This document shows positions 1 to 7,781 of a stretch of 32,000 nt of DNA, piece by piece. Position numbers and translations under genes: made by a program. Position 1 is the stretch's first letter, and every line of letters starts with the position of its first letter. Origin of the DNA: Acaryochloris thomasi RCC1774 (GTDB lineage: Bacteria; Cyanobacteriota; Cyanobacteriia; Thermosynechococcales; Thermosynechococcaceae); contig NZ_PQWO01000005.1 in assembly GCF_003231495.1 (NCBI RefSeq), forward strand, positions 270,001 through 302,000. The letters run 5' to 3'. Below the pieces are notes generated by a model, which ran no database searches, was not told where the DNA came from, and saw only the letters and a program-made list of their open reading frames with translations.

Positions 1-382
1 TGGGAACTAGAACAACGTCTCCAGGATTGACGTAGGCCAGCGCTAAATGGGTTAGTCCTTCTTTGGAACCTAGCAGCGGCAGCGCTTCACCGTCTGCGTC
101 AAGCTCGACACCGTAGCGTCGTCGGTACCAGTCTGTGATCGTGTTGCGAAAGCTGGCGGTGCCTTCGAAGGGAGGGTAACCGTGGTACTCCGGGGTTTTG
201 AAGGCTGATATCGCAGCATCAATCACCGGCTGGGGCGCAGAGCCATCGGGGTTGCCCATCCCCAAATCAATCAGATCAATCCCCTGCAGACGCGCTTGAG
301 TTTTCAGTTCATCTAGGCGGGCAAAGACGTAAGGCGGTAAGGCACTGAGTCGTTCTGCAGGCGCAATCCAGTCTAGGCTCAT
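1..382 (-). CDS. PLP-dependent class I/II aminotransferase (AlaT/AspC-like). Only the N-terminal part is present; the gene runs off the left edge.
   Basis: My own minus-strand translation from the ATG at 382-380 gives MSLDWIAPAERLSALPPYVFARLDELKTQARLQGIDLIDLGMGNPDGSAP...LLGSKEGLTHLALAYVNPGDVVLVP. The LPPYVFA-LDELK, DLGMGNPD and GSKEG motifs are typical of this family. It is missing from the ORF track because it is open at the window edge. Its start overlaps the stop of the upstream gene (ATGA). Confidence 0.8.
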   Translation of the reverse strand, partial: MSLDWIAPAERLSALPPYVFARLDELKTQARLQGIDLIDLGMGNPDGSAPQPVIDAAISAFKTPEYHGYPPFEGTASFRNTITDWYRRRYGVELDADGEALPLLGSKEGLTHLALAYVNPGDVVLVP

Positions 383-1524
383 GGGCAGTCCTCGTTCAGC
401 CCGTTCATCTGCTGAGTACAGGAAACACGACCAGGGATAGGGGCTGTCGTGGAGACCATTGCAGCCATTAATTGATCGGGCACAACGGTAAAGGGCAAAT
501 GATGAAGATCGGACTGAGGGGCACAGGCCACGTCTGCGGACTGCATCAAAACTTGCAGAGAGACCTCCGCCATCCCCAGATCTGCGAGCGTTGTGGGCAG
601 GCCAATCTGTCGATAAAACGCTAAAAGCTGGTGTCGCGCCGTCATTGCCAATTGGCTTCCCTGGAGCATTTCTTCGAGTCGAAGCTGCACCAGAATACCA
701 TAGGCAACTTTTTCCCCATGCAAACTGCCTTTGTGGTGAGGTAAATGGGTCAAGCCGTTATGAACTGCGTGGGCAGCAACTGTTCGACATTGAGCGCCGC
801 CCAGCCCGCCGATCACGCCCGCCATTAACACTGAGGCATCAACTACCTGACACCAGATATCGCTGCCGGGACTGGCCAGTGCCTCTGCTGATTTTTGCAG
901 CAAAATATCGCGCAGAACGCGGGCCTGCTGTACGGCAGCAATCACCAAAGTATCTTGAGACTGACCGCTGCTGACGGAGGCTTCATACCACTTGGCTAGA
1001 GCATCTCCGATTCCGGCGACCAGGGTTCGTTGGGGTGCGCTTTCAATCAGCTGGTAGTCAAGAATTAAGAGATTGGGACATTGGGAGAGTGAGACATCGT
1101 ACTCGAAGGTTCCGTTGTCGGAGTAAAGGTTAGAGAGTGCTGTCCAAGCGGCGCAGGTCGCGGCAGAGGTGGGGATGGTCACTACAGGAAGCCGGCAGTG
1201 ATAGCCCACCCACTTGGCTGCGTCTAGGGCTTTACCGCCGCCTGCGCCAATGACTAGGTCGGCCTGATGTGCTTGGACTGCTGAACAGAGTTTTTCTAAG
1301 CTCGCCTCACTGCAGTCTGGGGCGTAGGACGCTTCTTCCCAGCTCAGATGTGCGAGTGCTGTTTGCAATGACGACCGCACTTGATCGAGACCGTGGTTCC
1401 CTCCAATCACGAGGGGGCGTTGACCTAGGGATGAAACCTCAACGCAGCTCTCAAGGATTCCTTTTCCCCGCAGAATCTGAGAGGGGGCAATCGCAGTGGT
1501 TCGGGGACGCGTGACTTGTACCAT
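379..1524 (-). CDS. Iron-containing alcohol dehydrogenase / glycerol dehydrogenase-like oxidoreductase
   Basis: ORF 379..1611. It carries GAGGGKALDAAK (the NAD-binding glycine motif of group III ADH/GldA) and the metal-ligand histidines in AAHAVHNGL and HGEKVAYG. I prefer the internal start MVQVTRP at 1524, because the 1611 start would overlap the upstream gene by 50 nt. Confidence 0.8.
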   Translation of the reverse strand: MVQVTRPRTTAIAPSQILRGKGILESCVEVSSLGQRPLVIGGNHGLDQVRSSLQTALAHLSWEEASYAPDCSEASLEKLCSAVQAHQADLVIGAGGGKALDAAKWVGYHCRLPVVTIPTSAATCAAWTALSNLYSDNGTFEYDVSLSQCPNLLILDYQLIESAPQRTLVAGIGDALAKWYEASVSSGQSQDTLVIAAVQQARVLRDILLQKSAEALASPGSDIWCQVVDASVLMAGVIGGLGGAQCRTVAAHAVHNGLTHLPHHKGSLHGEKVAYGILVQLRLEEMLQGSQLAMTARHQLLAFYRQIGLPTTLADLGMAEVSLQVLMQSADVACAPQSDLHHLPFTVVPDQLMAAMVSTTAPIPGRVSCTQQMNGLNEDCP

Positions 1525-1561
1525 GATCAAAATGAGGGACTGAAACGAGTTTGAAAACCGG

Positions 1562-2089
1562 TTAAGAGTCGTTACTGGCAACCTGTGGAAGCTGAGCGAG
1601 TCGCTCGTCAAATATTTCCACGTTCATATTCTCATCTTCACGAACGGAGAGCGATCGTTTGACTTGGCCTAGGACAACAATTTCTGAGACGCCAGGGTGA
1701 GGATGGATTAAGGCACGTGCTCGAATCGTGAGCTGATCAGCGCCCTGCGAGGTGCGTCCAGGGGAGAATAGATTGCTGGCAGCCTGCTGTAGAGTTGCCT
1801 CCAACTGAGGCTTCGTAATCTCAGACGGCACCACAATTACGGCCTGCGGTCCGGCGGAGTCATAGATTAAGGAGTACCGGACCGCTCCTGGAATTGCGGT
1901 GCGCGTCAGTGGTACTAGGCTGAGGGCAAATAGCCCTGCGGTTAATACACCTAAAAATCCGGTGGCGCCCACGATACGAAAGCGGAAGCCCCACTTAAAC
2001 ATGAAGGCCAGACCCGCGAACACGGCGCAGATCGCCATCAAAATGGCACTCCACTGGCCATACTGCAGGAAGATGCTATTTGGGGTCAT
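1562..2089 (-). CDS. Small membrane protein with two N-terminal TM helices, possibly Ycf51/DUF2518-like
   Basis: 175-aa ORF with two clear hydrophobic helices (SAILMAICAVFAGLAFMF and GATGFLGVLTAGLFALSLV) followed by a soluble tail. It abuts the sufU stop. The family label is from memory and is weak. Confidence 0.55.
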   Translation of the reverse strand: MTPNSIFLQYGQWSAILMAICAVFAGLAFMFKWGFRFRIVGATGFLGVLTAGLFALSLVPLTRTAIPGAVRYSLIYDSAGPQAVIVVPSEITKPQLEATLQQAASNLFSPGRTSQGADQLTIRARALIHPHPGVSEIVVLGQVKRSLSVREDENMNVEIFDERLAQLPQVASNDS

Positions 2090-2557
2090 CTAGGAGGTCT
2101 CCTCGTTGCTGATGAATTCAGATTCGGTCTGCTCCAGTGCCGCCCGCAAGGTATGCCAGGTTAATGTGGCACATTTTATGCGCACCGGGAACTGAGCGAC
2201 TCCCTGCATGACGTTGAGCTTCCGCTGCTCTTTGGGGAACTCGGCCTCACCCTTCATCATTTTCTGGAACTGCTGCACCATTTCTAGGGCCTCAGAAATT
2301 GTTTTGCCCCGCGCAGCATCGGCCATCAGGTCTGCGGAAGACATTGCGATCGCACATCCTTCCCCTTCAAATTTGACATCTTCAATGCTGTCACCGGCCT
2401 CATTGAGCTGCACCGTCAGATCAATTGTGTCGCCGCAGGAGGGATTATGGCCCCGCTGGTGTCGATGAACCGGCTCCGTTATGCCGCGATGCCTTGGCTT
2501 CTTATATCGTTCTAGAATGACCTGCTGATAGAGGGTTCGTAAGTTATCCAGGGGCAT
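2090..2557 (-). CDS. sufU: SUF-system NifU/IscU-family Fe-S cluster scaffold (SufU-type)
   Basis: The three scaffold cysteines sit in canonical contexts: NPSCGD, GEGCAIAMSS and RIKCATL. The likely start is MPLDNLRTLYQQ at 2557; the ORF track extends to 2644. Confidence 0.8.
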   Translation of the reverse strand: MPLDNLRTLYQQVILERYKKPRHRGITEPVHRHQRGHNPSCGDTIDLTVQLNEAGDSIEDVKFEGEGCAIAMSSADLMADAARGKTISEALEMVQQFQKMMKGEAEFPKEQRKLNVMQGVAQFPVRIKCATLTWHTLRAALEQTESEFISNEETS

Positions 2558-2761
2558 AGTTGAAAGGGGGTGCCATTGCGCTTCTGTTATCACTGTAACG
2601 GTTTGGCGGCGGGAATGATCGGGATCTGGCAGTGAAAGCGACACGGATCGTTTAGAGTATTGTGAAGACCGTGATCAGACCGAATAAACACGCTCAACGA
2701 CGTTAACGGTCGTTTTCGGATTCTGTGGGCCTTTGCCAAGGCGAAGTCGAAAGGAGGCTGA

Positions 2762-4015
2762 ATGAAGTGGGTTAGTGCATTATCAATGCGTCCGTCTCTG
2801 GAAGCAGCGCTTGATGACGTGATTGGGCAAGCTCAAAAGTCCCTTGAGATCCAGGCCGACCTCGCACTGTTGTTCATCTCTACGAGCTTTACCAGTGAAT
2901 ATCCTCGGCTACTGCCGCTGCTGCAAGAACGACTGAATGTGCGCCACATTATTGGCTGTGGGGGGGACGGTATTATTGGCCAAGCCTCCCCAGGGCTGAC
3001 CTCAGAAATTGAAGAGCAGCCTGCCGTTTCTCTGACTCTCGCTTCCTTACCTGGTGTGAAGCTGCAGACCTTCCAGTTGATGGCAGAAGACCTACCTGAT
3101 CCCGATAGCGCGCCTGATCGGTGGGTTGATCTGATGCAGGTGGACCCCACCGATCAACCTCACTTCATTCTGCTTGCTGATGCGGCGACTACGAAGGTTA
3201 ACGATCTACTGCAGGGACTGGACTATGCCTATCCTGGAGCCGTCAAAATTGGCGGTCTGACCAGCGGCCCTAACTTAAGCGACGGCAGTGGACTATTCTG
3301 TGACGATCAGCTTTATCGGGAGGGTGCGATTGGGGTTGCTCTCAGCGGCGATATTAAGGTTGAAACCATCGTGGCTCAAGGATGTCGTCCTATTGGGCAG
3401 CCTTACCGCGTTACCGATGCAGAGCGCAATGTTGTCCTGCGGGTGGAAGAGCAGCTTGCACCGCTTGACCTCGACCAGCTGCCTGAAACGGGAAAAGAAC
3501 AGACGCCTCTAGAGGCGCTGCAGAGCGTGGTGGATACTTTAGATGAAGAGGACCGAGCGCTGGCGCAGCACGCGCTTTCGGTGGGCGTCGTTCGCAACGA
3601 GTTTAAGCAAAAGTTGGAACCCGGTGACTTTTTGATTCGGAATCTGATCGGCGTTGATCCTCGGATTGGTGCCGTTGCCATTGGCGATCGCATCCGTTCT
3701 GGTCAGCGGATCCAGTTCCATCTTAGAGACGCAGAAGCTTCTGCTGAAGATTTAGAAGCACTCCTAGAGCAGTATCTTAGGAAGCAAATTGGCGATCACG
3801 CTGCTGCTGGAGTGTTACTTTTTGACTGTCTCGGTCGAGGGGAAGGGTTCTACGATCGGCCTGATTTTGATACTGAGCTCTTTCACCGATATATCAAGAA
3901 CATTCCGGTCAGTGGCTTCTTTTGCAATGGTGAAATTGGTCCCATTGGTGGAACGACCTTCCTACATGGATATACCGCAGCCTTCGGCATTTTCAGCCAA
4001 CCGTCCAGAGATTAG
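2762..4015 (+). CDS. Stand-alone FIST (FIST_N + FIST_C) sensory-domain protein
   Basis: 417 aa. The N-terminus has the pattern 'ADLALLFISTSF...' and the C-terminus has 'GFFCNGEIGPIGGTTFLHGYTAAFGIF', which is typical of FIST_C. A strong SD, AAGGAGG, lies at 2751-2757. Confidence 0.75.
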   Translation: MKWVSALSMRPSLEAALDDVIGQAQKSLEIQADLALLFISTSFTSEYPRLLPLLQERLNVRHIIGCGGDGIIGQASPGLTSEIEEQPAVSLTLASLPGVKLQTFQLMAEDLPDPDSAPDRWVDLMQVDPTDQPHFILLADAATTKVNDLLQGLDYAYPGAVKIGGLTSGPNLSDGSGLFCDDQLYREGAIGVALSGDIKVETIVAQGCRPIGQPYRVTDAERNVVLRVEEQLAPLDLDQLPETGKEQTPLEALQSVVDTLDEEDRALAQHALSVGVVRNEFKQKLEPGDFLIRNLIGVDPRIGAVAIGDRIRSGQRIQFHLRDAEASAEDLEALLEQYLRKQIGDHAAAGVLLFDCLGRGEGFYDRPDFDTELFHRYIKNIPVSGFFCNGEIGPIGGTTFLHGYTAAFGIFSQPSRD

Positions 4016-4062
4016 GTCCTTACTTTCAAAGAGCGTATAGCAACGTTCAGTATGGGTACACC

Positions 4063-4461
4063 ATGAACTCAAAAATCATCAAAACCATTTTTCGAGTCCT
4101 CTTGGCCGTATTTGTGATCGCGGCTGGCGTGGCTCACTGGGTGACGCCCACCCCTTTTGTGCAGATGATGCCCAATTATCTGCCCTATCATCTAGAGCTG
4201 GTGCAAATTAGTGGCGTCTTTGAGATTCTGGGTGGTGTGGGTTTACTGATTCCGTTCGCGAGTCGATATGCCGCCTGGGGCTTGATTCTGCTGTTTATTG
4301 CCGTCTTCCCTGCCAATGTGAATATGGCGGTCAATGATCTTGTGATTGACGGAATGCCTCATAATCTGGTGGCCTACTGGGTACGTCTTCCCTTTCAGGC
4401 TGTGTTGATTGCCTGGGCTTGGTGGTTTACGCGAGTACCTCAAACGGCTGAAGTTAAGTAA
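4063..4461 (+). CDS. DoxX-like small integral membrane protein
   Basis: 132 aa with four hydrophobic helices. The GVFEILGGVGLLIP motif resembles the DoxX/DoxX-like family. Confidence 0.55.
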   Translation: MNSKIIKTIFRVLLAVFVIAAGVAHWVTPTPFVQMMPNYLPYHLELVQISGVFEILGGVGLLIPFASRYAAWGLILLFIAVFPANVNMAVNDLVIDGMPHNLVAYWVRLPFQAVLIAWAWWFTRVPQTAEVK

Positions 4462-4505
4462 GTTACTCGTAGAGAAAGATCTTTGAACCCACTATGACTT
4501 GGGCA

Positions 4506-7500
4506 TTATGCATACTCAGGCGTCTGTGTCGCCACGAAGTTGGCCAGGATTTCCAGTAGTTCTTGCTCGTTGAATGGCTTAGAGAAATAGGCCGAAGCGC
4601 CTAAGTTCATTGCAATCTTACGGTGTTTGTCGTGGCTGCGCGAAGTTAGCATGACAATGGGTAGCTCTTCAAACCGAGACTGACCTTTGAGTTCTTCCAG
4701 CACCCCGTAACCATCTAGGCGAGGCATTTCGATATCACAGACTACTGCCTGCACGACCAAACCACTTTCAAGTTTATCGACGGCATCTTGACCATCCTTG
4801 GCCTGCTCGACCCGATAGCCCGCTTTCTCAAAGGTGTTGGTTAGAAAGCGACGAACGTTGACGGAGTCATCCACCACTAAGATTGTGTTGGTTTGCTGAG
4901 CGGGTACAGAGGATTCGTTGTGAGTGACCTTCTGCAGCGTTAGACCGGCTGCTTTTTGTTCTAGGCACCATTGCAGCACCACGGTGGGGTCTACAATGGG
5001 CACTACACGGCCGTCCCCTAGGACGGTGGAACTGCCAAAGCCGCGTGGTAACGGCAGTGGACTGTCAACTGTGCGAATGGTGACTTCCTGTTCACCCCAG
5101 AATCGGTCAATCTCAAAGCCCCCGATGGTATTCCCTTCACCGACCACGAGCACGGTTGGTTTGTTAATAACGGGCACTCCTTGCATCTCAGAGAACTTTT
5201 GAGCATGGTTAAAGCCCCAATACTGGGCTAGGTCAATGACCGGAATCGGTCTGTTCTGCCAAGTGAGTTGTTGGGATTGCTCAATGTGTTGCAGTTGCTC
5301 TGCGCTGAGACTTAAGAGTTCGCGGATGCTGTTACCGGGAACGGCAAAGATCAGGCCGGAATGCTCTAGCAGCATGACTCTTAGAATTGATAGGGTATAG
5401 GGAACCGCAACGGTAAATGTAGTGCCGACACCAGGCTCCGTCTGCACCTGTACTTCGCCGTTAATCTCATGCAGGTTGGTTCGCACAATATCCATGCCAA
5501 CGCCCCGACCTGAGAGCTCTGTCACCTGATCGGCGGTGCTAAAGCCTGGCTCAAAAATGCAGTCGAGCAGGTCCGGTTCAGACATTTGTGAAACTTCGGA
5601 TGGGGTGAGTCCCATTTCTTGGAGGCGATCTCGCACCCCATCAAGACGAATCCCAGCCCCATCGTCGCTGAGGGTAATGGCTGTTTGGGTGCCTCGGTTG
5701 CGGGCAGTGATGGTAATGGTTCCTTCAGCAGGCTTGCCAATCGATGAGCGGCGTTCTTGACTGCCGATGCCGTGATCAAAAGCGTTTCGCAGGAGCTGGT
5801 TGAGCGTTTGAGATAATGATCCGACGGTAGCCCGGTCAATGAGAGTGTTCTCTCCTTCTATGACCAATCGCACAGGTTTATCATATTGAAGACCCAAGTC
5901 GCGGATTACCCGTGGGAATCGTTTCACAATCTCACCAAAGGGGACCATCTGTGTGCGGGTCATGTTGCCCTGTAAAGAGCGGGTGGTTTGGTTGAGATCG
6001 CGGACGGCCTGTCCCATATCTTGCAGGGTCAGGTCAACGTCAGTGCCGACTTCTTGCAGCTGAACGATTGTTTCGATCTGCTCTTGGGCAATGAGGTGGA
6101 GGTCGGTATACCGGTCCATTTCTAGGGCGTCAAATTGACTAGAGGATTGCTCTTCCGGCGGTTGGGAATCTTTTGCTGTGCTGGGGATCTCAGATACGGA
6201 CCCTTCGGTGGGCACAATCCCTTCCATTGAGGCGCGGTCATACCACTGCTGAAGCTGGGTATTGGATTGCTCTAGCTGGCGAATGCGCTTCCGCATTAGT
6301 TGGGTAAAGGTTTGAAGCTGGTCTAAGCGCAGGTTAACGGTATTGCGCTCTAGGACCAGTTTCCCGAAGAGGGTATTGAATTGCTCCAGTTGCTCTACGG
6401 GAACGCGAACGGTTTTGCCGCTGGTGATGGGGGCTGCCGCAGTAGAAGTAGAGGGTTGGGTGCTGGCCGTTGCCTGCTGTAGGGCCTGGGCTGCACTCTC
6501 GACGGTTAAAAGTTCAGGAATAGCTGCTGGGTCTGTTTCTTGAACTGTTTCAGGTTCGACTTCTTCTAAGGTTTCGGCTTCGGAGAGCGCCTGTAAGGAC
6601 TCTGCGCTGAAGGCATCCTGCAAATCGGCGAATGCTTCTTCGTCAAAATTGCTGAGGGCGTCAGCGAAGACATCAGCATCGGGCGTTTCAATCGTCAGTT
6701 CGTCAGCCAATTCAGCTGAAACAGGGATGGAAAGTGTTTCGAGGTTTTCTTCGGCGGGCAATTCTAGGCTACCGAAATCGGTTTGTAGGGCGTTTAGGTC
6801 AAGCGTTTCGAGGGCATCTGCGAAGGTATCTACTTCGTCTAGATCATTGGCAGGGAGCGCTTCTGATGTGAGACTTGGGGTGAAGTCTTGGAGCTGATTG
6901 GGCAGTTTTTCAAACCGACGGCGTAGCACGAGAGCATGGGAGCGTCGCCAGGTCTTGAGGGCAGCTTGGGATAGCTCAGGAATTTGCTCCGGTGAAACCT
7001 GTTCTGCCCATTGCTGGACCGACTGGCAGAGTTCAATAAAGGCATTAAGCTGAGCCATATGGCCGAAGGCCATTAGCTCTGCGGCGGTGGTGGTCAGTTC
7101 GGTGGCTAGCTGAGGGGCGGACAAGGTCTCGAACTGTGATTCAACCCGATCGAGAACGGCTTCGACCCCGTCTTCAAACAAAATTAAAGCCGGATCGGTG
7201 TCTTCTTCGTCTTGGGTGAGAAGGGCGTCTTCGTCTGCGTCGGTGACGTCGCCTAGGTGTGTCTGGAGCTGGTCAAAGACGGGATGAATGGCTTCTTTGA
7301 GCCAATCTTGATCAATATCGGTGGTTTCTCGATAGCGATTGCCGATTTGCCGTAGACAGTCTAATCCTTGAAGCAGCAGTGTTTCTACTTCTGTTTCAAT
7401 ATTTTTAGCGACGTGATGAACGCGCAACACTTTAAAGGAGTCTTCATAACGGTGCGCCACTGAACTGAGATCGGAGAGGCCCATCATGGCGGCTCCTCCT

Positions 7501-7649
7501 TTGACGGAGTGAGCGGCTCGCAGTGCCTCATCTAGTTTCTTTGCCTCAGCAACGTCCATCGCTAATCCGAGGAGCACACCTTCGATAGTGTCGTAGCAGT
7601 CTTCTGCTTCGTCTAGAAATTTGTACTGGATTTGTCGGTCAGTATCCAT
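4506..7649 (-). CDS. Hybrid CheA-like histidine kinase (Hpt - acidic linker - HATPase - CheW-like - C-terminal receiver), PilL/TaxAY/HmpE type
   Basis: The Hpt motif is AAHSVKGGAAMMGL. The N-box is LLRNAFDHGI, G1 is DDGAGI and G2 is GRGVGMD. A CheW-like region follows, then a REC domain (ILVVDDS...VVCDIEMPRLDG...KP). Confidence 0.9.
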   Translation of the reverse strand: MDTDRQIQYKFLDEAEDCYDTIEGVLLGLAMDVAEAKKLDEALRAAHSVKGGAAMMGLSDLSSVAHRYEDSFKVLRVHHVAKNIETEVETLLLQGLDCLRQIGNRYRETTDIDQDWLKEAIHPVFDQLQTHLGDVTDADEDALLTQDEEDTDPALILFEDGVEAVLDRVESQFETLSAPQLATELTTTAAELMAFGHMAQLNAFIELCQSVQQWAEQVSPEQIPELSQAALKTWRRSHALVLRRRFEKLPNQLQDFTPSLTSEALPANDLDEVDTFADALETLDLNALQTDFGSLELPAEENLETLSIPVSAELADELTIETPDADVFADALSNFDEEAFADLQDAFSAESLQALSEAETLEEVEPETVQETDPAAIPELLTVESAAQALQQATASTQPSTSTAAAPITSGKTVRVPVEQLEQFNTLFGKLVLERNTVNLRLDQLQTFTQLMRKRIRQLEQSNTQLQQWYDRASMEGIVPTEGSVSEIPSTAKDSQPPEEQSSSQFDALEMDRYTDLHLIAQEQIETIVQLQEVGTDVDLTLQDMGQAVRDLNQTTRSLQGNMTRTQMVPFGEIVKRFPRVIRDLGLQYDKPVRLVIEGENTLIDRATVGSLSQTLNQLLRNAFDHGIGSQERRSSIGKPAEGTITITARNRGTQTAITLSDDGAGIRLDGVRDRLQEMGLTPSEVSQMSEPDLLDCIFEPGFSTADQVTELSGRGVGMDIVRTNLHEINGEVQVQTEPGVGTTFTVAVPYTLSILRVMLLEHSGLIFAVPGNSIRELLSLSAEQLQHIEQSQQLTWQNRPIPVIDLAQYWGFNHAQKFSEMQGVPVINKPTVLVVGEGNTIGGFEIDRFWGEQEVTIRTVDSPLPLPRGFGSSTVLGDGRVVPIVDPTVVLQWCLEQKAAGLTLQKVTHNESSVPAQQTNTILVVDDSVNVRRFLTNTFEKAGYRVEQAKDGQDAVDKLESGLVVQAVVCDIEMPRLDGYGVLEELKGQSRFEELPIVMLTSRSHDKHRKIAMNLGASAYFSKPFNEQELLEILANFVATQTPEYA

Positions 7650-7781
7650 GATGTTTTGGCGAGTTGCGATCGCAAACTAAAGAGTTGATAAGGCGAAGGG
7701 ACTGTTAGGCAAATAAGGCAGTGCTCAAGGACACTACGCTGACCCCGTACTGGGGAAGATAAAGGATGCAAAGGCAAGCGT

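Noticed and set aside
379-382. ATGA stop/start overlap between the dehydrogenase-like and aminotransferase genes
   Set aside because: It is real, but it is ordinary translational coupling and does not merit a finding.
591-974. This ORF and many other 60-130-aa ORFs in the track lie antisense to, or out of frame within, long genes. Examples are 1269-1514, 2208-2468, 2833-3150, 3403-3693, 4924-5202, 6343-6897, 8073-8976, 22582-22806 and 29546-30239.
   Set aside because: Each lies entirely inside a longer ORF with clear family motifs on the other strand or frame. Their translations are low-complexity (Arg/Ser/Pro-rich), as expected for shadow ORFs in moderately GC-rich DNA.
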